Shown here piece after piece: positions 10,499 through 19,629 of a stretch of 64,000 nucleotides of DNA (positions within the stretch are counted from its first letter, which is position 1; the number at the start of each line of letters is the position of its first letter). Where the stretch lies: contig CALTUD010000004.1 of assembly GCA_943912335.1 (NCBI GenBank), positions 74,115-138,114 on the forward strand. The letters are read 5' to 3'. The DNA is from an uncultured Acetobacteraceae bacterium. Lineage in GTDB: Bacteria > Pseudomonadota > Alphaproteobacteria > Acetobacterales > Acetobacteraceae. A model generated the notes under the pieces. The model did no database searches, was not told the DNA's origin, and saw only the letters and a list, made by a program, of their open reading frames with translations. A program made the position numbers and the translations under genes.

Positions 10499-11125
10499 GT
10501 GCTGCACAGACGAACCTTTCTCGCCGCCGCTGCCATGGCGGGCCTGCCGATCGCAGGGTTGCGATCCGCACGCGCGACGGTTCCGGCCGGTGTGACGGCG
10601 GAAACGCTGCCGGAACACAGTTTCGGCGATCCGAACGCCAGGCTGGTGGTGCAGGAATGGTTCTCGCTCACCTGCACCCATTGCGCGCATTTCAGCGAGG
10701 TGGTGTTTCCCGAGATCAAGACTCGCCTGATCGACACGGGCAAGATCCGCTACACCTTCCATGACTATCCGCTGGATCGGCTCGCGCTGGCGGCGGCGAT
10801 GATCGCGGATTCCCTGCCGGAAGACCGCTATCTGCCGTTCATCGAGGCCCTGTTTTCCAGCCAGGATCGCTGGGCGTTCGACCGCTCGGCCGATCCGATC
10901 GCCCTGCTGCGTCGGAATGCGCTGCTGGCCGGGATGCCGGGCGCCGAGGTGGACGCCACGCTGCAGAACGACGCGCTGCGTCGGGCGATCGTGGAGAAGC
11001 AGGATCAGGCGACCAAGCAATACAACATCGCCGGCACGCCCACCTTCGTGTTCGGGCAGACCGTGCAGGCGATCGTGCCGGATTACGCGACCTTCGCGCG
11101 CTACGTCAGTGAAGCCGGAGGCTGA
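10499..11125 (+). CDS. DsbA-family thiol:disulfide oxidoreductase with Tat-type signal
   Basis: CTHC active site, thioredoxin fold motifs, RRTFLAAAAMAGLPIAG twin-arginine signal. No ATG upstream of the RR, so a GTG (10499) or TTG (10496) start is inferred. Confidence 0.7.
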   Translation: MLHRRTFLAAAAMAGLPIAGLRSARATVPAGVTAETLPEHSFGDPNARLVVQEWFSLTCTHCAHFSEVVFPEIKTRLIDTGKIRYTFHDYPLDRLALAAAMIADSLPEDRYLPFIEALFSSQDRWAFDRSADPIALLRRNALLAGMPGAEVDATLQNDALRRAIVEKQDQATKQYNIAGTPTFVFGQTVQAIVPDYATFARYVSEAGG

Positions 11126-12136
11126 TCAGAACACGCAGTTCACGGCGAGCTGCGGGCTGATCGTGCGCTGCTCGTCATGGCCGGAGACGGGCAGGGTGAC
11201 ACCGAGAATCGCGCCGAAGCGCGGCGACCAGCTCCATTCCAGCGCGGGGCCGACCGACCAGTCTCCGCTGGACGGGGCGCTACGGCGCACCGGGCTCCCG
11301 TCGGCGTCGATGCCGCGCAGGACGGCACCATCGGCCCAGCTGCGATAGAGATCGAGCGCCAGCACCCATTGCCGTGTCAGTCCCCATTCCACCGAGGCGC
11401 CCGCGTTGCCGAACGAGCCGGGGCGGGCGCGGCCGTGGAACCCAGCTTGCGTGCCGTAGGCGCTGAGGCCGGATACGGTCGCGGTGGACACGCGTATGCG
11501 CTCGGCGGCGAACACGCGCAGACGAACCGCGTGGCCGGAGACATGATAGGTCGACTGGCTGACGATGCCGGTGCGCAGGAACCAGGCGCCGGTGCCGACC
11601 CCGTCCTGGGCGCGTGCCAGGCCGTCGTAGCGGCCCGTGGGCGCGTTCACGCCGAGCGCCAGGGTCACGTTGGGGATCAGCCGCCGCTCGTTCGGGTCCA
11701 GCACGCGAAGCTCGAGCTCCACCGGAAGGTCGCCGAACTGCACGCCGCTGCTGGCGCGACGCCGGGCGAGCCCTTCTGTGAAGGCCGGCAGGGCGTAGAT
11801 CGAGAGGCGGTCGGTCAGCCCGTATTTCATCAGCGTCTGGCTGACCAGATCGTGCGCATGAGTGGTGTCGGGTTCGAGCCGTCCGTGCGAATCGAAGCGG
11901 CCATCGGCGTTGTTCAGCGCCAGATAGGGTTCGACCGCCAGCATCCCGGCCGCGGACTCGGCCGGCGAGGGGGAGAACAGCGAGCCGGTATACCACTGCT
12001 CCGGCGGGCTGGGGGACGGATCGGCGGCCAGAGCCGGAACCGGCACCAGGCACGACAGCAGCACGGGGGCGGCGTTCTGGGTCCGCCGGCCCGTGATCGT
12101 TCGCCGCTCCGCGTTCTGTCTGCGGTGCTGTGTCAT
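11126..12136 (-). CDS. Putative outer-membrane beta-barrel protein
   Basis: Signal-like N-terminus, alternating amphipathic strands, C-terminal ...AVNCVF. Start uncertain. Tail-to-tail with dsbA. Confidence 0.5.
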   Translation of the reverse strand: MTQHRRQNAERRTITGRRTQNAAPVLLSCLVPVPALAADPSPSPPEQWYTGSLFSPSPAESAAGMLAVEPYLALNNADGRFDSHGRLEPDTTHAHDLVSQTLMKYGLTDRLSIYALPAFTEGLARRRASSGVQFGDLPVELELRVLDPNERRLIPNVTLALGVNAPTGRYDGLARAQDGVGTGAWFLRTGIVSQSTYHVSGHAVRLRVFAAERIRVSTATVSGLSAYGTQAGFHGRARPGSFGNAGASVEWGLTRQWVLALDLYRSWADGAVLRGIDADGSPVRRSAPSSGDWSVGPALEWSWSPRFGAILGVTLPVSGHDEQRTISPQLAVNCVF

Positions 12137-12151
12137 GTTTCGGGCGATGCG

Positions 12152-12979
12152 CTAGAGGGCGGGCGCCGCCCCGCTCTCGTAGCGCGTCATGATCTCGTCC
12201 ACCGGACCGTCCGCGACGATGCGCCCGGCTTCGAGCCAGATCAGGCGGGTGCACCATTGCCGCAGAACGTCCGGCATGTGCGAGGTCAGCACCAGGATTT
12301 CCGCGCCGCGCACCACCGTTTCCAGACGGGCATGGGCCTTGTCGCGGAAGCGCGAGTCGCCGGCCATGAACCACTCGTCCATCAGCAGGATCTGCGGGGC
12401 GATGGCGGTGGCCAGACCGAAACCGAGGCGCACCACCATGCCGGAGGAGTAAAGCCGCACCGGGAGGTCCATGAACGGTCCGAGTGCTGCGAAACCCTCG
12501 ACGTCTTCTTCCAGCGCGCGGATGGCGGCAGCGTTGAGGCCGACATAGCGACCGCGCAGGGTGATGTTCTCGCGCCCGGTCAGGTCGAGATTCATCCCGA
12601 AATTGGTGTCGAGCAGGGTGTTGATCGAGCCGCCGGTATGGATGCGTCCGGCCACCGGCTCGTAGATGCCGCCCAGGACGCGGAGCAGGCTCGATTTGCC
12701 GGCGCCGTTGCGGCCGACGATGCCGAGCCGTTCGCCGGAGCGGATGGAGAAATTGAGGTCGCGCAGCGCCTGCACCACCACGCGCCGGGTGGCGTTCGGG
12801 TCGTCCGGCGTGCGTCCGGCGCGGCCGAGCGGACCGCCGACCTTGCCGGACACGCCGCTCAGCACCGTCTTCTTCAGCGAACGTGCGCCGCCGTGATAGA
12901 GTGGGAAGTCGAGCGACAGCGCCGTCACGTCGATGAACGCGCGCCCGCCGGGCGGGGCCTGGATAGGGTTGGTCAGCAT
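12152..12979 (-). CDS. ABC transporter ATP-binding protein, polysaccharide/O-antigen or teichoic-acid export type (Wzt/KpsT/TagH-like), short form without a C-terminal carbohydrate-binding domain
   Basis: Walker A GRNGAGKSSLL, signature LYSSGMVVRLGFG, Walker B ILLMDEW. 275 aa from the ATG at 12977-12979. Upstream part of the long ORF 12152..14374 is a frame artefact. Confidence 0.8.
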   Translation of the reverse strand: MLTNPIQAPPGGRAFIDVTALSLDFPLYHGGARSLKKTVLSGVSGKVGGPLGRAGRTPDDPNATRRVVVQALRDLNFSIRSGERLGIVGRNGAGKSSLLRVLGGIYEPVAGRIHTGGSINTLLDTNFGMNLDLTGRENITLRGRYVGLNAAAIRALEEDVEGFAALGPFMDLPVRLYSSGMVVRLGFGLATAIAPQILLMDEWFMAGDSRFRDKAHARLETVVRGAEILVLTSHMPDVLRQWCTRLIWLEAGRIVADGPVDEIMTRYESGAAPAL

Positions 12980-12984
12980 CCGGT

Positions 12985-13947
12985 TCAGACCCAAAACGCG
13001 ATGCGCGGACGGGCGCGCACGAACACACGCCACGACACGAGGCACAGCAGCGCGCTGTAGACCAGCGCCGCGACCCAGGTGAACGGCGTCGGCATCGTGC
13101 CCAGCAGCGGCGCGCGCACCACTTCGAGCAGGGAGTCGAACGGGTTGATCGGCAGCCACCAGGAGCGCTGGCCGAGCTGGGATGGCTTCCAGATCACGGG
13201 GGTGAGGTAATAGGCGATCTGCAGCAGGCTGCCGATGATCGGCGGCACGTCGCGGAAGCGGGCGCAGATCGCACCCAGCAGGTAGCAGGAGGCGGCACCG
13301 TCCAGCAGCCACAAGGCAAGGCCGGGCAGGCACAGAAAGCCTGTCAGCCCCGGCCATTGCCCGAAGATGGCGAACACCACCACCGGCACCACCACGTTGT
13401 GGCCCAGAACGATGACGTTGCGCACCACGGTCCGGATCACCTGCACGGTGAACGGCATGCGCATGGAGCGGATGGTCTGCTCGGCATCGATGAAGCTGTT
13501 GCAGGCTTCGCCGGCCAGGCCACCGATGCCGGCCTGCCAGAGGATCAGGGACAGAGCGAGGTAGGGCAGGTATTCCGCCAGGCCGATATGGAAAAGGGCA
13601 GCGTAGAGAAAGCCCATCGAGCCGACCATCACCGCACTGGACAAGGTCAGCCAGAGCGGACCCAGAGCCGATCCGCGATAGCGCAGCTTGATGTCGAGCC
13701 AGCCCAGGGTGAAGGCGAGGCGCCAGAGGGCGAGTCCGTCGCGAAGATCGGCGCGCGCGGCGAGGCCGCGTGTGCGGCGTCCGAGCCGGGCGTCGATCAG
13801 CATCTCTGGCATGGAATCGTGCGCGGCGCCGGCCAGGGCGGTCGCGGAGCCGGGGGATTCGACCGCCGTCACGGCCGCGTCGATCGGTCCGGCCGCATCG
13901 CGGTCCGGCTCGGGCGAAGGCTCCGTCACGGATGGCAGCGCGCTCAT
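12985..13947 (-). CDS. ABC-2 type transporter permease (Wzm/KpsM-like)
   Basis: Six predicted TM segments, typical ABC-2 N-terminal LWRLAFTLGWLDIKLRYRGSALGPLW. Start chosen at Met-57 of the ORF (13947); 13812 is an alternative. Confidence 0.7.
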   Translation of the reverse strand: MSALPSVTEPSPEPDRDAAGPIDAAVTAVESPGSATALAGAAHDSMPEMLIDARLGRRTRGLAARADLRDGLALWRLAFTLGWLDIKLRYRGSALGPLWLTLSSAVMVGSMGFLYAALFHIGLAEYLPYLALSLILWQAGIGGLAGEACNSFIDAEQTIRSMRMPFTVQVIRTVVRNVIVLGHNVVVPVVVFAIFGQWPGLTGFLCLPGLALWLLDGAASCYLLGAICARFRDVPPIIGSLLQIAYYLTPVIWKPSQLGQRSWWLPINPFDSLLEVVRAPLLGTMPTPFTWVAALVYSALLCLVSWRVFVRARPRIAFWV

Positions 13948-14148
13948 GGGCGCGGCGTAGCCGATCCGCTGTTGCCCGGCAATGGATTGCGCGGGGTGGG
14001 TGCGGGACGAACCGTGACGTTCCTGCGACGGATCTGGTCTTAAATTCGCCCAACAGATGGTTGATGTTGCGGCAGAGATGGAGCCACTGTAAGGCGGAGG
14101 AACGGTTTTCTCCACCTGAGCCTTGGCTGCCGGAGTTCAAGCAAGCCG

Positions 14149-15633
14149 ATGTCGCGACCTGCCTGCCGACCCACGTTCCGATCCGCCGCGGCGGCGAAAC
14201 GCGACCGCTCCGGCGTGGCGCGTGCAGCCTGCTCCGCCGTTCTACTGGCGCTTCTGGCTGCTTGCGCGGAAACCCCGTCGCAGCCGTCCATGATGCCGGT
14301 GGCGCAGGAAGCGGCGAAATACCGGGCGCATGCGCGCTCCTATTACGCGCCGCCCGGTCCGCCCGACGATCCATGGGGGCCGTATATTGAGGAAGCCTCG
14401 CGCAAGTTCGACGTGCCCGACACCTGGGTGCGCGCCGTGATCGGCCGCGAGTCGGGCGGTCAGCAGTTCAGCCGCAACGGTACGCTGATCACCTCGGGTG
14501 CCGGCGCCATGGGTCTGATGCAGCTGATGGCGCCGACCTATGACGATCTGCGCGCCCAGTATGGGCTTGGTGACGATCCGTTCGAGCCGCACGACAACAT
14601 CATGGCCGGCACGGCCTATATCCGCCAGATGTACGACATCTATGGCGCGCCCGGCTTTCTGGCCGCCTACAACACCGGGCCCGGGCGTCTGGACGACTTC
14701 CTGACCAAGAACCGGCCCTTGCCGCGCGAAACCCGGCAATACGTGGCCATCATCGGCCCGCAGATCGCCGGGATCTGGCCGAACAGCCGTTCGCAGGCCG
14801 ACCTGATGATCGCTGCTCATTCCGGCAGCGACGTGCAGTACGCGTCGGCTCAGACGCAGGACGAGACCAAGTCGGTCAGGCTGGCCTGGACCCGCCGGCG
14901 CGATCTGCAGCAGCCGAACGACCAGCCGATGCAGGTGGCCGAAGCGCCGGCGACGACCGGTGGCGCGGCACCGTCCTATATCAAGGACTGGCGCAGCATG
15001 AAGGCGCAGTCGCCTGCACAGGCCGCCGTTGCTACGCCGGTGGCACTCGCCGCCAACAGCCCGTCTTCCGTGAGCGCCGCCTGGGCCAGCCGCGGCATCG
15101 TGTCCCGCCCCGCCGCTTCGGTGGCGAGCGCACCGGTGCGTAACTGGACGCTGGCGCCGACCGACCAGCAGCACCCGGCCGCAATCGCCAGCGGTGATTC
15201 CAGCGGCCCGGATACGGCGGTCGCTCCCGTGCGGCTCGCCTCCGCTGAAATGCCGGCGCAGGACGACTCCACCGACACGCAGGCGGCGGCGCCTGCCGCG
15301 CGCAAGCCGCATTTCCAGCTCATCCGCCGCGCCATGGCCGAGCCGGCTCCGCTTCTGCGCGATGCGGGGCGCGGCCCCCGCAACTGGTCGGTGCAGGTCG
15401 GTGCCTTCAACACCCAGGCGCAGGCCAGTCAGGCTGCCGGCGCCGCGCGCTCGCGTGCACCAAGCCTGTCCGGCGCACAGGCTGAGATCGCCGGCGTCAA
15501 GCAGGGCCGCAACGGCCGGGTTTATCGCGCGCGCTTGACCGGCCTGTCACGCAATGATGCGATGGCGGCCTGCCAGAAGCTGTCGCGTGGCAGCGGTGCT
15601 TGCATGGTGGTGTCGCCCGATGCGCGTTCGTAA
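14149..15633 (+). CDS. Lytic transglycosylase (SLT domain) lipoprotein with C-terminal SPOR domain
   Basis: Lipobox LLALLAAC; SLT motifs GRESGG...GAMGLMQLM...AYNTGPG; C-terminal SPOR-like WSVQVGAF...YRARLTGL. Ala/Pro/Gln-rich linker between the domains. Confidence 0.8.
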   Translation: MSRPACRPTFRSAAAAKRDRSGVARAACSAVLLALLAACAETPSQPSMMPVAQEAAKYRAHARSYYAPPGPPDDPWGPYIEEASRKFDVPDTWVRAVIGRESGGQQFSRNGTLITSGAGAMGLMQLMAPTYDDLRAQYGLGDDPFEPHDNIMAGTAYIRQMYDIYGAPGFLAAYNTGPGRLDDFLTKNRPLPRETRQYVAIIGPQIAGIWPNSRSQADLMIAAHSGSDVQYASAQTQDETKSVRLAWTRRRDLQQPNDQPMQVAEAPATTGGAAPSYIKDWRSMKAQSPAQAAVATPVALAANSPSSVSAAWASRGIVSRPAASVASAPVRNWTLAPTDQQHPAAIASGDSSGPDTAVAPVRLASAEMPAQDDSTDTQAAAPAARKPHFQLIRRAMAEPAPLLRDAGRGPRNWSVQVGAFNTQAQASQAAGAARSRAPSLSGAQAEIAGVKQGRNGRVYRARLTGLSRNDAMAACQKLSRGSGACMVVSPDARS

Positions 15634-16162
15634 TCTCGTCGCCGCCGCGATCGGCGCGGTTGGACTTGCGGCAAGCGCGATGCCGGCCGAGGCGGCGCTT
15701 CCAGTCGGAGCCAAGGCACCGGATTTCACCATTGAGGCCACGCTGGCCGGCAAGCCGTTCCAGGCGTCGCTCGCCGCCATGCTGAAACACGGTCCGGTGG
15801 TGCTCTATTTCTATCCGAAGGCCTTCACCTCCGGCTGCACCGTGGAAGCGCACGACTTTGCCGAGGCTATGCCGCAGTTCAAGGCGTTGGGCGCGCAAGT
15901 GCTGGGGGTGTCGGAGGACGACATCGCCACGCTGAACAGGTTCTCGGTCAGCGAATGCCAAAGCGCATTTGCCGTGGGTGCGGATGATCACGGCAAGGTC
16001 GCCAAAAGCTACGACGCCACCTTGCCCCTGGTCGGCCTGTCCAACCGTACCTCCTATGCGATCGCGCCGGACGGTCGGGTCCTGGCCGCCTATACGGCGA
16101 TGGACCCGGATGGGCACGTCAGCCACATGCTCGACGCTTTGAAGCAGTTCAAGGCGCGCTGA
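15620..16162 (+). CDS. Secreted peroxiredoxin (Bcp/AhpC-TSA family thiol peroxidase)
   Basis: FTSGCTVEAHDF peroxidatic Cys motif. Signal peptide MRVRNLVAAAIGAVGLAASAMPAEA. ATG at 15620 overlaps the upstream stop by 14 nt. Confidence 0.8.
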   Translation: MRVRNLVAAAIGAVGLAASAMPAEAALPVGAKAPDFTIEATLAGKPFQASLAAMLKHGPVVLYFYPKAFTSGCTVEAHDFAEAMPQFKALGAQVLGVSEDDIATLNRFSVSECQSAFAVGADDHGKVAKSYDATLPLVGLSNRTSYAIAPDGRVLAAYTAMDPDGHVSHMLDALKQFKAR

Positions 16163-16510
16163 CACGTCACCATCAGGACGGGTGCGCTTCGCCCTCCTGC
16201 TCGCCGCCATCCTCCGCGTTTTGAATGTCCCGGGCTGACAGGACGGTCTTCTGTCGCGGTACGATGGGCTTCACAGCAATTCGCTGCGTCGCACGCTGAG
16301 CGGGCCGCGCGTCCGGTGGCGTGACCGGGGCGGCGGGAAGCACCGACGGAAGCAGGGTGTGATCGATGGTCTGCATAGCACGATCCCCAATCTAGAATTC
16401 CGTTGTGGAATATGGGGGGCTGCCATGCCGTCGGCATCGGGCGGTCCGATCACCAAAGCGGGATCAGACAGGAGACCCGGCCGGGTGAAAGCCGGCCGGG
16501 TGGACTGCTT

Positions 16511-16699
16511 TTAGTGGGTGGCCAGGCCGGTGTTGCCGGTCACGGCACTCTGTGTGGCGGTGGCGCCGCGCGACACGTCATGGCCGAGCGCGGAGGCGTC
16601 CTGGCCCATGCCGCTGACGGTGTTGCAGGCAGACAGGCCGACCGTCGCGACGGCCAGCAGGCCGACGGTGGCGAGAGCGCGGCAAGAAGCGGTGAACAT
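16511..16699 (-). CDS. Entericidin EcnA/EcnB-family small lipoprotein
   Basis: 62 aa. Lipobox LSAC followed by NTVSGMGQDASALGHDVSRGA, resembling the entericidin core (CNTARGFGEDIKHLGNSIS). Confidence 0.65.
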   Translation of the reverse strand: MFTASCRALATVGLLAVATVGLSACNTVSGMGQDASALGHDVSRGATATQSAVTGNTGLATH

Positions 16700-16879
16700 G
16701 AAAGGCTGCCTCCAGTTGTGAGTTTGTGTCGAAACGGCATCGGCGCCACCGAGGTTCCCGAGAGGCGGGGATCGCCGTCTTCTGTTGCGAAAAAGTGACG
16801 GCTGTGTCCCGGATACGCGAATTGCGCTCCAGCGATGTTGCAGTTAGGAACAAGTCGCAACTGAGTGGGTCATCCAAAC

Positions 16880-17896
16880 ATGCGCGTCTCGTTCCGGTCC
16901 AGGCTGTCCGCCTCCGTCCTGGCTATCTCCTTCGGCCTCGCCGGTGCCTCCACCGCCGCCCAGGCTGAAACGCTGACGCTCTACAGCGCCCAGCACAAGC
17001 AGATGGTCGATCAGGTGGTTGCCGCCTTCACCAAGGCGACCGGCATCGCCGTGCAGACCCGCTTCGGCGAGGCGCCGGAGATCGCGTCGCAGATCGTGCA
17101 GGAAGGCGCCGCGTCTCCGGCCGATGTCTACTTCACCGAGAACTCGCCCGAGCTGGTGTTGCTGGACGAAAAAGGCCTGCTGTCGCCCGTGGAGAAGTCG
17201 ACCCTGGCCCAGGTGCCGTCGCGCTTCAACGCCGAGACCGGCGACTGGCTCGGCGTGCTGGCGCGCGAGAACGTGCTCTGCTTCGACCCGCATCTGATCA
17301 AGGAAAGCCAGCTTCCTGCCTCGCTGCTCGATCTGGCCAAGCCGGAATGGAAGGGCAAGGTCGCGATCGCGCCGGCCGATGCCGATTTTCTGCCGCTGGT
17401 GGAAGCGATCGTGAAGCTGAAGGGCCGTCCGGCGGCGCTGGACTGGCTGAAGGCGATGAAGACCAACGCGCAGATCTTCGATGACGACGAGGGCGTGGTC
17501 GCCGCCGTGGATCGCGGCGCGGTCGCGACGGGCATCATCAACAACTACTACTGGGCTCGTCTGCACCAGGAGAAGGGCAAAGCGACCGTCGCCAAGATGC
17601 ATCATTTCGCCGGGCACGATGTCGGTGCGCTGATCAACGTGTCGGGTGCCGCTGTGCTGAAATCCTCCAAGCACCAGGACGCGGCGCAGCGCTTCCTCGC
17701 TTTCATGGTGAGCAAGCCGATGCAGACCGCGCTCGCCAGCGGCGACGTCGATTTCGAGTATCCGCTGGCGGCGGGGGTCAAGGCCAACCCGATCCTGAAG
17801 CCGTTCGACCAGCTCCAGCCGCCGGCGATCTCGATCAAGGATCTGGGCGACGATCAGGACGCGGCGAAGCTGCTGCGCGAGGCCGGTCTGCTCTGA
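16880..17896 (+). CDS. fbpA: Fe(3+) ABC transporter periplasmic substrate-binding protein
   Basis: Signal peptide, then ETLTLYSAQHKQMVDQVVAAFTKATGI...; FbpA/AfuA family. Confidence 0.85.
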   Translation: MRVSFRSRLSASVLAISFGLAGASTAAQAETLTLYSAQHKQMVDQVVAAFTKATGIAVQTRFGEAPEIASQIVQEGAASPADVYFTENSPELVLLDEKGLLSPVEKSTLAQVPSRFNAETGDWLGVLARENVLCFDPHLIKESQLPASLLDLAKPEWKGKVAIAPADADFLPLVEAIVKLKGRPAALDWLKAMKTNAQIFDDDEGVVAAVDRGAVATGIINNYYWARLHQEKGKATVAKMHHFAGHDVGALINVSGAAVLKSSKHQDAAQRFLAFMVSKPMQTALASGDVDFEYPLAAGVKANPILKPFDQLQPPAISIKDLGDDQDAAKLLREAGLL

Positions 17897-17922
17897 TCCC
17901 GGCTTTCGGTCCTGTCGCGACG

Positions 17923-19500
17923 ATGAGCAAGCGGGCGCGGGCGGTGAAAGCCGCCCGCGTTTCCGTGCGTCCGCCACGGCTTCTGCTTCTATGCGCCGCC
18001 GCCGCGACCGGAATCGTGCTGCTGCCTTTGCTGCTGACGGTGTGGCAGGCGACCGGCGCCGAGGATCCCGTGGCGCTACTCTGGCGTCCGCTGGTGGGCG
18101 AGCTGCTCGGCAACACCGTTACGCTCTGCGCCGCCACCGTGTCGTGCTGCGCCGTGATCGGCACCCTGTGCGCGTGGTTGATTGAGCGGACCGACCTGCC
18201 GGGCCGCAACGTGTTCGCCGTTCTGGCCGCCGTGCCGCTGGCGATCCCGCCGTTCATCACCTCCTATGCCTGGGTTTCGCTCAGCAGCGATCTGCAGGAT
18301 TTCGCCGGCGCGACCCTGGTGGTCAGCTCGGCCTATATGCCGCTGATCTACCTGCCCGTCGCGGCGGCCTTGCGCGGCATGGACCCGGCGATCGAGGAAA
18401 GCGGCCGCGTTCTCGGCCTCGGCCCGGTGCGGTGCTTCATCCGGCTGGTGCTGCCGCAGCTTCGCCCGGCGCTTCTGGGCGGGATGCTGCTGGTGGCGCT
18501 GAACGTGCTCGTGGAGTTCGGCGCCTTCGCTCTGCTGCGATTCCGCACCTTCACCACCGTGCTCTACGGCCAGTATCGCACCGGGCTGACCGGCCCGGAT
18601 TCGTCCCTGCTCGCCTGCGTGCTGATTGGGCTATGTCTGCTCTGCGTCGCGGCCGAGCTGCGCGTGCGTCGCGGCTCGGCCTATGCCTCGCTCACGCGCG
18701 GTGCGGCGCGTCGCCCGGTCAGGCATCGGCTGGGCTGGATGCGCTGGCCGGCGCTCGTCTTTCTGGTCGGCCTCGCCATCGCGACGCTGGGCGTTCCGCT
18801 CGGCATGATCGGGTTCTGGCTGTTCCAGCACAACAGTGCCGCCACCACCTCGGTCGGGGTGTCCTGGGGCGAGCTTCTGGCCTCGACCGGCGGTTCACTC
18901 GGCCTGGCGCTGAGCGGCGCCTTCGCCACCCTGTTGCTGGCCCTGCCGCTCGGCTTCCTGTCCGTCCGGTTCCCGGGACGCGCTTCGATGCTGCTGGAGC
19001 GCGTCGCCTATATGGGTCAGGGCGCGCCGGGGATCGTGGTGGCGCTGGCACTGATCACCCTGGCATTGAAGGTGCTGACCCCGCTCTACCAGTCGGCGCC
19101 GCTGCTCATCCTGGCCTATGCGATCCTGTTCCTGCCTTTGGCGCTGGTGAGCGTGCGCGCCGCGTTCGAACAGGCGCAGCGCAAGCTGGAGGATGCCGGG
19201 CGGGCGCTCGGCCTCGGTCCGGTCGCGGTCGCGCGTCGCATCGTCCTGCCGCTGGCCGCGCCCGGACTCGGCGCCGCGGCATCCCTGGTGTTCGCCGCCG
19301 TGGTGACGGAGCTGACCACCACGCTGCTGTTGTCGCCGATCGGCACGCGCACGCTGGCGACGGAGGTCTGGCAGGACACCACGACATTGGCTTTCGCCGC
19401 CGCGGCGCCCTATGCGGCGATGATGGTTCTGCTCTCGCTCTGCTCCACCTACGTGCTTGCGCGACGCTTCGGCCGCAGCGCCGGCATCGGGCCCGGATGA
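17923..19500 (+). CDS. fbpB: Fe(3+) ABC transporter permease (duplicated transmembrane domain)
   Basis: 525 aa, two repeated permease halves, EAA-like loops. Immediately follows fbpA. Confidence 0.85.
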   Translation: MSKRARAVKAARVSVRPPRLLLLCAAAATGIVLLPLLLTVWQATGAEDPVALLWRPLVGELLGNTVTLCAATVSCCAVIGTLCAWLIERTDLPGRNVFAVLAAVPLAIPPFITSYAWVSLSSDLQDFAGATLVVSSAYMPLIYLPVAAALRGMDPAIEESGRVLGLGPVRCFIRLVLPQLRPALLGGMLLVALNVLVEFGAFALLRFRTFTTVLYGQYRTGLTGPDSSLLACVLIGLCLLCVAAELRVRRGSAYASLTRGAARRPVRHRLGWMRWPALVFLVGLAIATLGVPLGMIGFWLFQHNSAATTSVGVSWGELLASTGGSLGLALSGAFATLLLALPLGFLSVRFPGRASMLLERVAYMGQGAPGIVVALALITLALKVLTPLYQSAPLLILAYAILFLPLALVSVRAAFEQAQRKLEDAGRALGLGPVAVARRIVLPLAAPGLGAAASLVFAAVVTELTTTLLLSPIGTRTLATEVWQDTTTLAFAAAAPYAAMMVLLSLCSTYVLARRFGRSAGIGPG

Positions 19501-19629
19501 GACGGGCGGGGCCGGAACCGTGATGGCCGAACCCGCTGTCGTTGTCGCCCACATCCTGGCTGAAGGATGGGGCATCTCGGCCCATCTTGGTGCAACCAAC
19601 CGCGCGTGGTGCGCTTCGGAACGGCTGTC

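Noticed and set aside
9058-10743. 561-aa minus ORF
   Set aside because: Antisense to the TonB-dependent receptor and dsbA region.
11177-13060. 627-aa plus ORF and 582-aa minus ORF (11280..13028)
   Set aside because: Overlap the beta-barrel and Wzt genes in other frames; Arg/Gly/Pro-rich noise.
12152-14374. 740-aa ORF as a single gene
   Set aside because: Only the C-terminal 275 aa (from the ATG at 12979) form the ABC ATPase. The upstream part is a read-through frame overlapping the permease gene.
16383-16420. Nested imperfect palindrome CCCCAATCTAGAATTCC...GGAATATGGGG
   Set aside because: No U-tract on either strand and not adjacent to a gene end; possibly a weak terminator for the entericidin gene but not supportable.
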